Below are positions 58,177 to 64,000 of a stretch of 64,000 nt of DNA, piece by piece. The position numbers and the translations under genes were made by a program. Within the stretch, counting starts at the first letter, position 1. Every line of letters starts with the position of its first letter. Source of the stretch: Blastocatellia bacterium (GTDB lineage Bacteria; Acidobacteriota; Blastocatellia; UBA7656); the NCBI GenBank assembly GCA_963832205.1, contig CAWHTK010000020.1, positions 126,512-190,511 of the forward strand. The letters are read 5' to 3'. The notes beneath the pieces are model-generated. The model did no database searches. It saw only the letters and a list, made by a program, of their open reading frames with translations, and was not told the DNA's origin.

Positions 58177-61100
58177 TTACTTTATCAGGGCTTCGTACCT
58201 GGCGATGGTCGCCGGCAGCGGGTCTACGCCAAGCTCGCGGCGCAGCATGCGTCTGAGCCCGTCGAATTGCTCGATGGCCGCCGCGCGATTGCCGCTCTTA
58301 ACGTAAGACTCCATGACGTGGCAGTGGACTTCTTCCTGGTAAGGGTCGCGCGCCAAAAACATCTGGCCGTAGCGTATCACCTGCTCCGAGTCGCCGCGCT
58401 CGCTCTCGTAAGCGATCATCTCTTTCAGGGATTGCAGGTAGAGGTCGCGGTAGTAACTCTGAAGCTCTTCGACCCATCCGTAATATAATTCTTCGAGGAA
58501 ATCGCCTCGATAAATCTTTATCGCTTCGGCCAGAAGCTGCGCCGCCCCGTCCGAGTCGTCGCTGCGCCGGGCCTCGTGCGCGTCGGCTATGAGCCGCTCG
58601 AATTCCTCGGTGTCGATCCTGTACTGGTACTGCGGGTTGAGCAGGTACGCGCCCTCGCGGTAGAGAACGAAATCTTTCTTCACGACCTGATTGGCGTTGA
58701 GCGCCTTTCTCAGGTGAGAGATCGTGGGGTGAAAATTCTTGGCGATAGTCTCCTGGTCCGCGTCCGACCAGAACTCTTCGACGATAGTATCTTTCGGCGC
58801 GCGCCGGTTGCGACGCGATGCGATATAGCAGAGTATGTGCAGCGCCTTCGACAGCCGCCACGCCTCTTTGAGCGGCTCGCCGGGCCCGCGAAATACCTCC
58901 ACCGGCCCTAGCATGTTGATGGCCAGGTTATAACTCGGCCGCTCTATTATCAGCTCTATATGCGGCGTTGCCACGCGCGCGGCCGTCACGCTCGCCGTCG
59001 ACTGTCGCTCGCCGCCCGCCGGCATAATCTGCGCGAGATAATCCGGCGCTACATTCTCGGCGATGGCCACTAAGAAGAGCGCCGGCTGTTGCGCGGCTTC
59101 GGTCGCGAGCAGGTAGGAGTAATCATATCTGGCCGAAAGCTCGACCGCGCGGCGCAATCTTTCAATCGCCTCCTGTTTGCGGCCGACCTCCCACAGCAGC
59201 CTGCCGAGCGACACTTCGGCCCGCGCTTCGTTGTAACGGAGTCGCCCGTCGCGGGCTATCGCGGCCGCTTCCGCCAGCGACTTTTCGGATTCTTCCGTTC
59301 GACCGGCGGCCATCTCTATGCGCCCCCGCGTGATCAGCGCCGTAGACCGCTCGGCGGGCGACCCCGCAGCGCGCGCGCGGAAATACTCATCCGCCTCGCG
59401 CTCGGCCGCCCTCAAGTCGCCCATGCGCAGGTAGAGCGTTGCCCGCTCGTCGAGCAGCTCCCGGTCCGTGAGCGGCACGCCCGCGTCGCGATAAGCGCGC
59501 GCGGCCTCGGCGTAAAAATCTATGGCGCGCGTGTAATCGTCCTGCTCGCGATAGAGGTTTCCGAAGGCTTCGAGCGTTTCGGCGGTGGGCGTCTTCAGGT
59601 TGAACAACTGACAGCGGTCGAGCGCGCTCTCAAGATGCGACTCGGCCTCGACCAGGCGGCCCTGCACGGTCTTTAGCCGCGCTATGTTCAAGTGCGCGAT
59701 AGCTTCCTGCGGAAAGGGTATGTGTTTGCCGTCGCCTTGCATCTGGGCGGGGAAGGCCGACGCGGAATCGATCCGCGCCTCGATAAGCTGGCTCAGCCAG
59801 CGCAGCGCCTCGTTGAAGTCGCCTTCCAGCGAATAGGGGAGCCCGAGGTTGTGAAGCGCGATTCTGGCGAAGCGGTCGTCGCCGGCCTTTCGCGCTTCGT
59901 CGAGCGCCGCGCGCCAGCTTTCAATCGCGCGCTCGGTGTCGTGCAGGGCGAGGAAATGGCAAAGGCCGATGATGTTGAATGAGCGGGCGCGCAACCGGGG
60001 CTGGTCCGGCGCAAGCTCTATGGCCGAAGTGGCTAGCCGCACGGCTTCGGCAAAATCACCACGATATCTGGATATGTACGCCTGCCCGCGCAGCGCCTCG
60101 GCCTCCACGTCGCTTTCGCCGCGCTCGTGCGCAACTCGCGCCGCCTGCATGTAGAGCGAGAGCGCGCGCACGTGGTCGCCTTCGATCAAGGCTACGTCCG
60201 CGCGAGCAATGACGGCGCGCGGCCACGCGCCGAGCGACGTTTCGGGCAGTTGATCGAAGGCGCGCTTGATCACCTCGAAGCGCCCGCTCCCTACGAGGTC
60301 CGCGCCGTGGCTTGCCAGCATCTCCGCCACGTCGTCATTCGCGCCGGCCTCGGCGTAGTGATGAACGGCCAGATCCCATTGCGCCGCGCTGACGAAATAA
60401 TTCGCGCACTCTTTATGAAGCTGGCGGACCTGCTCGGCCCCGGATTCCGTCACCAGCCAGCGGCCGAGGAAGCTTCGAAAGAGCGGGTGGAGACGGTACT
60501 CTTCTTCCGCGCCCGACGCATAGGTGTGAGAGATGAATACGTTGCGGCGCGCAAGGGCCCGCAGTTGATCGGCGCAATCGGTTATGCCGAGCGCGAGGCT
60601 GCATATGGCCGGGTCGATGCGGTCGAGCAGGGAAAGGCGTCCCAACATGCGCCTCGTTTCGGGCGGCTCGAATTCGAGCACCTCTTCGGCGAAGTAATCG
60701 AATATATCAAGCTCGGACTGCTGGAATGCCGCGGCGAGGACAGACTTTTCCCGGTCGCCCCCCGCCGCTCGCGCACCCGTCGCGTCGCGCGTGCGGTCTA
60801 GCGATTGCTGTATCAACTGGAGCGCCGTCACCCACCCATCAGTCTTTTCATGAAAGAGCTTCACAAGGTCGGGCGGCAGCGGCTGTCCGAAAGTCTCCGC
60901 GAAGAGCTGCTGGACTTCCTGAGGAGTGAAGAGCAAATCCTGGCGGTCTATGACCCCGATCAACCCCTTGCTCCTGAGCCGCGTCACGCTCAGGTTCGGC
61001 ATCGACCTGGTCGTCAGCACGATGTGCAGCACGTCGGGCAGGTACTGCACCAGCCGGTCGAGCGCCGCCGCTATCGGCTCGCTCGAATCGACGTGGTGAT

Positions 61101-61524
61101 AATCATCCAGCACCAGCACGGTCTTCTGCTCGATCTGCTCGCTGACCTCGTTGACGAATACATCGACCAGTTGATCGGTCTTCGACGAGAGGTCTTCGGT
61201 CTCGGAGATAAAGCCAAGGACGACCTGCCCGAAGTCGGCTTTGAGCGAGCGGAGGCCGTAGATGAGATAGCCGAAGAAGACGGCAAGGTCGAGGTCTGAC
61301 GGGTCGATCTGGTACCAGACGGAGGGGAGGCCGGAGGAGCGGACGAAGTCAGTGATGAGGGTGGTCTTGCCGCAGCCGGCGTTGGCGCAGACGATAGTGG
61401 CAGGGCGGTCGAGCAAGGAGCGGCAGCGGTCGATGAGGCGAGGGCGAGCAAGGACGCGGCGGCCGAGGCGCGGAGGGAGGAGTTTAGTGCGTAAGAAGAA
61501 TTGCGGCAGCATGTGATAAGTCAC
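58177..61524 (-). CDS. 1115-aa regulator: MalT-like STAND NTPase, then TPR array, then C-terminal SARP module (OmpR-type wHTH + BTAD)
   Basis: N-terminal [19 protein letters not shown]...[17 protein letters not shown] (Walker A), LVLDDYHHV (Walker B), DGWVTALQL. Central TPR helices. C-terminal [19 protein letters not shown]...[10 protein letters not shown]...[12 protein letters not shown] (wHTH), then [19 protein letters not shown]...[27 protein letters not shown] (BTAD). Confidence 0.75.
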   Translation of the reverse strand: MTYHMLPQFFLRTKLLPPRLGRRVLARPRLIDRCRSLLDRPATIVCANAGCGKTTLITDFVRSSGLPSVWYQIDPSDLDLAVFFGYLIYGLRSLKADFGQVVLGFISETEDLSSKTDQLVDVFVNEVSEQIEQKTVLVLDDYHHVDSSEPIAAALDRLVQYLPDVLHIVLTTRSMPNLSVTRLRSKGLIGVIDRQDLLFTPQEVQQLFAETFGQPLPPDLVKLFHEKTDGWVTALQLIQQSLDRTRDATGARAAGGDREKSVLAAAFQQSELDIFDYFAEEVLEFEPPETRRMLGRLSLLDRIDPAICSLALGITDCADQLRALARRNVFISHTYASGAEEEYRLHPLFRSFLGRWLVTESGAEQVRQLHKECANYFVSAAQWDLAVHHYAEAGANDDVAEMLASHGADLVGSGRFEVIKRAFDQLPETSLGAWPRAVIARADVALIEGDHVRALSLYMQAARVAHERGESDVEAEALRGQAYISRYRGDFAEAVRLATSAIELAPDQPRLRARSFNIIGLCHFLALHDTERAIESWRAALDEARKAGDDRFARIALHNLGLPYSLEGDFNEALRWLSQLIEARIDSASAFPAQMQGDGKHIPFPQEAIAHLNIARLKTVQGRLVEAESHLESALDRCQLFNLKTPTAETLEAFGNLYREQDDYTRAIDFYAEAARAYRDAGVPLTDRELLDERATLYLRMGDLRAAEREADEYFRARAAGSPAERSTALITRGRIEMAAGRTEESEKSLAEAAAIARDGRLRYNEARAEVSLGRLLWEVGRKQEAIERLRRAVELSARYDYSYLLATEAAQQPALFLVAIAENVAPDYLAQIMPAGGERQSTASVTAARVATPHIELIIERPSYNLAINMLGPVEVFRGPGEPLKEAWRLSKALHILCYIASRRNRRAPKDTIVEEFWSDADQETIAKNFHPTISHLRKALNANQVVKKDFVLYREGAYLLNPQYQYRIDTEEFERLIADAHEARRSDDSDGAAQLLAEAIKIYRGDFLEELYYGWVEELQSYYRDLYLQSLKEMIAYESERGDSEQVIRYGQMFLARDPYQEEVHCHVMESYVKSGNRAAAIEQFDGLRRMLRRELGVDPLPATIARYEALIK

Positions 61525-61567
61525 GAGGAGGAGGTGGGCGAGATGGCGGCGAGCCGGGCCGGCTACC

Positions 61568-64000
61568 TCACCCCTCTCTCCTCTGTCCTGTTAATTTTCT
61601 GTACGTCGCCATGGTTTCCGGCAGCGGCGCGACGCCGAGTTCTTCCATAAGTAACGTCTTGAGGTTTTCGTACTGCTCGCGCAGCGCGGCGCGGTTCCCC
61701 ACCCGCGCGTAGGCTTCCATCAGCTCCCGGTGAACATCCTCCCGGTACGGGTCGCGCGCGAGTATCGTCTTGCAGTAAGCGATCGATTGCTCGTACTCCT
61801 GGGCGCGGTAGTGGTGATCGGCCAGCTCCTTCAACGTGACGAAGTAGAGGTTGCGATAATAAGCGCGCGGCTCCTCGATCCAGTTCTCATATAACTCTTC
61901 GAGCATGTCGCCGCGGTAAAGCTCGATGGCGCGATGAGCCGTCGCGGTGAACGCTTCGCCGTTGCCTTCGCGCCGACTTGCGCGCGCCAGCGTTATGAGC
62001 CGCTCGAACTCTTCGGTGTCGATCAAATAGCTGAACTCCGGATTCAAGTAGTATGCGCCTTCGCGGTAGCGAATGAAATTCTTCTTAACCTCCTGGTTGC
62101 TGTTGAGCGCGCGGCGTATGTAGGAGATGGTCGGCCAGAAGTTCTTGTCTATGTCTTCGAGCGCCGTGTCGGGCCAGAAGGTTTCGATGATCGCGTCCTT
62201 GGTGGCGCGATGGTTCTGGCGCGATGCGATGAAGCAGAGTATCTTCAGCGCCCGCGAAAGCGTCCAGGCGTCCGGCGCAAGAGGGCGGCCCTGCTCGCGC
62301 AGCACCTCGACTGCCCCGAGCAGGTTGATCTCCAGATCGAACTCGCGCTCTTCGACGTAACCCTCGATTCGCGCCAATCGCTTCGGAGGGCTTACGCTCA
62401 AATCATCAATGCCTGATGTGGAAGCGCCCGCCGCCTTTGTCTTTAGCTGCGCGGCTTCGACCTCCGCTTCTCCCAGACCGAGGCCCGCGAGATAATCGGC
62501 CTCGACGCCGCGCGCCCGGCCCATTCTAAAGAGCGCCGGCGCGCGCTCGGCTTCGACTTTCGCAAGGTACCCGTATCCCATCTCGCGCGCGAGCCGGAGC
62601 GCCTCGCCCAGTCGTTCGGCCGCCCTCTCCTCTCCGCCATAATCGGCCTCGGCGCGGGCGAGCAGGAACTGGCAACGGGCGACCCACAGGTTTGCGCGGC
62701 AGAAGGTGAACTGGGCGAGCGCCTCGCTGATAAGGGCGCGAGGATCGGCCGCCGCGCTTTCGAGCTGCGCGCGGCCGACGAGCGCCTTCGAGCGCGCCAG
62801 CGGCACGACGTAGCCGAGGCTCGCGCGTCGTTCCATAACCCTTTCCGCCTGCGCGACCGCCCTCGAATAGTTCTTCTCGGCAAGCAGCAGCCGCACCTGC
62901 TCGTCGGGCAGCTCGCGCGCTTCGACCTGAATTCCCGAGTCGCGATAGAGGTCTTCGGCCTTCTGGTAATGACCGCGCGCCAGGTTGAACTGGCCGCGGT
63001 CGCGGTGGAGATTACCCAGTATTTCGTGCGCCTCGCCGCGCTCGATCGTCAGATTGAAGAGCCGACATATCTCCATGGCCTTTTCAATCTTCCGCTCGCA
63101 GCTATCGAACAGGCCGCCTATCAAATCCTCCCGCGCGAGGTTGCAGTAGGCAAGCGTCTGCTGCGGGAACGGGACGTGGTCGCCTTCCACCAGTTGCGCA
63201 AACCACTCGTGCGCCCGCGCGAAGTCACCCGTGAAAGCGTAAGGCAGACCCATGTTCTGCGAGATGATTCTTGCGAGCCGCTGATTGCCCGCGCGATGCG
63301 CAAGCTCGACGCCGCGCTTCCACGTCTCGATCGCTTCGTCGAAAGCGCCCGTCGCTATGCCTGAAAGGAACTGGCAATTGCCCAGCGTGTGTTCGCACTG
63401 CGCTTGAAGTACCAGATCATTTGCGGGCGCGCGCGTCAGCGCTTCACTCGACAGCTTGTAAGCGCGGGCATGTTGACCACGCTGGAGGTAAACCGACGCG
63501 AGCCCGTGCAGCGCCGACGCCTCGCAGCGGTCGTCGCCCAGAGTGTGCGCGCCTTCGGCCGCCCTGGTGAAAAGCCGCTCGGCAAGATCGAGGTCTCCTT
63601 CCATGCGCGCTATGTGCGCGCGCAGGCGCGGTATCTCAGGGTGGAGATTACTGACCGACGTGCTGACCGCGTCGTAGCCGCGCTTGACGATCTCGTACAG
63701 CCCGGCGTCGAGCAACTCGCGCCCGCGCTGGCTCATTATTCCCGCGATGGCCTCGGTGTCGCGCGCCTCCGCGTACAAGAGCCCGGCCCGCTCCCACCGG
63801 CCGAGCTTCATGAGCTGATCGGCAAACTCGCGGTCGAGCCGGCGCACGCCCTCCTCTCCTATCTTCGCCTTGAGCCGCCGAAGCAGGAACCGGCGGAACA
63901 TCGGGTGGAAGCTATATTCATCGACCCCGCCGCCCTCGACATGCGATATGAAGAGGTTGCGCCGCTGAAACGACCCGAGTATCTGATAGGCTTCCTCGGT
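61568..64000 (-). CDS. paralog of the STAND-TPR-SARP regulator; 5' part (NTPase domain) runs off the window
   Basis: C-terminal LEINLLGAVEVLREQGRPL...IIETFWPDTALEDIDKNFWPTISYIRRAL...YREGAYYLNP plus BTAD. The frame stays open to position 64000 (..RRNLFISHVEGGGVDEYSFHPMFRRFL aligns with ..[28 protein letters not shown] of the upstream paralog). Confidence 0.7.
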   Translation of the reverse strand, partial: TEEAYQILGSFQRRNLFISHVEGGGVDEYSFHPMFRRFLLRRLKAKIGEEGVRRLDREFADQLMKLGRWERAGLLYAEARDTEAIAGIMSQRGRELLDAGLYEIVKRGYDAVSTSVSNLHPEIPRLRAHIARMEGDLDLAERLFTRAAEGAHTLGDDRCEASALHGLASVYLQRGQHARAYKLSSEALTRAPANDLVLQAQCEHTLGNCQFLSGIATGAFDEAIETWKRGVELAHRAGNQRLARIISQNMGLPYAFTGDFARAHEWFAQLVEGDHVPFPQQTLAYCNLAREDLIGGLFDSCERKIEKAMEICRLFNLTIERGEAHEILGNLHRDRGQFNLARGHYQKAEDLYRDSGIQVEARELPDEQVRLLLAEKNYSRAVAQAERVMERRASLGYVVPLARSKALVGRAQLESAAADPRALISEALAQFTFCRANLWVARCQFLLARAEADYGGEERAAERLGEALRLAREMGYGYLAKVEAERAPALFRMGRARGVEADYLAGLGLGEAEVEAAQLKTKAAGASTSGIDDLSVSPPKRLARIEGYVEEREFDLEINLLGAVEVLREQGRPLAPDAWTLSRALKILCFIASRQNHRATKDAIIETFWPDTALEDIDKNFWPTISYIRRALNSNQEVKKNFIRYREGAYYLNPEFSYLIDTEEFERLITLARASRREGNGEAFTATAHRAIELYRGDMLEELYENWIEEPRAYYRNLYFVTLKELADHHYRAQEYEQSIAYCKTILARDPYREDVHRELMEAYARVGNRAALREQYENLKTLLMEELGVAPLPETMATYRKLTGQRREG

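Noticed and set aside
1-64000. Scan for tRNA, rRNA, CRISPR arrays, integrase/transposase genes or prophage structural genes.
   Set aside because: None recognised by eye in the intergenic regions or the ORF translations. The only mobile features supported are the intein and the MITE-like repeats.

Overview
This 64-kb window is a high-GC (about 65%) bacterial chromosomal segment. The gene content suggests an Acidobacteria-like organism: TonB-dependent receptors with a CarboxypepD_reg N-terminal domain, many S8 subtilases, FG-GAP/HYR proteins and CHAT-TPR proteins.

Recognisable genes, in order:
- A reductive pyrimidine/hydantoin catabolic cluster on the minus strand: NCS1 permease (partial), PAP2/vanadium-haloperoxidase-like protein, dihydropyrimidinase, class-III aminotransferase and an aldehyde dehydrogenase.
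- Cell-wall genes (GT2 glycosyltransferase, lytic transglycosylase, AMIN/amidase), a site-2 protease, sixA, and an acyl-CoA synthetase.
- A dCTP deaminase gene (dcd) split by a 414-aa LAGLIDADG intein.
- An accessory island: ECF sigma factor, a secreted 4x repeat protein, a TPR-CHAT caspase-like protease and a secreted S8 subtilase. It sits between dcd and a convergent dut-folA-thyA operon.
- Further downstream: another S8 peptidase, a large triple-repeat flotillin, a TonB-dependent receptor, an Nramp-like transporter, alaS, a PilZ protein, recX, pilT, selA and a cold-shock protein.
- Two more large S8 peptidases plus a deleted remnant, two tandem cupredoxins, and a lipoprotein truncated hemoglobin.
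- Two tandem paralogs with an unusual architecture: STAND (MalT-like) NTPase, then TPR, then a C-terminal SARP (wHTH+BTAD) domain. The second runs off the window.

Two genome-wide oddities stand out:
- At least eight copies of a superfamily of about 45-130-bp palindromic MITE-like elements built from heptamer arms. One interrupts selA, one supplies the last codons of recX, and one abuts a start codon.
- Single-nucleotide frame disruptions are very frequent (alaS, TonB receptor, ALDH, M50/CBS, CHAT, three S8 genes, FG-GAP/HYR). These look like consensus indel errors rather than biology.

No rRNA, tRNA or CRISPR array was recognised.
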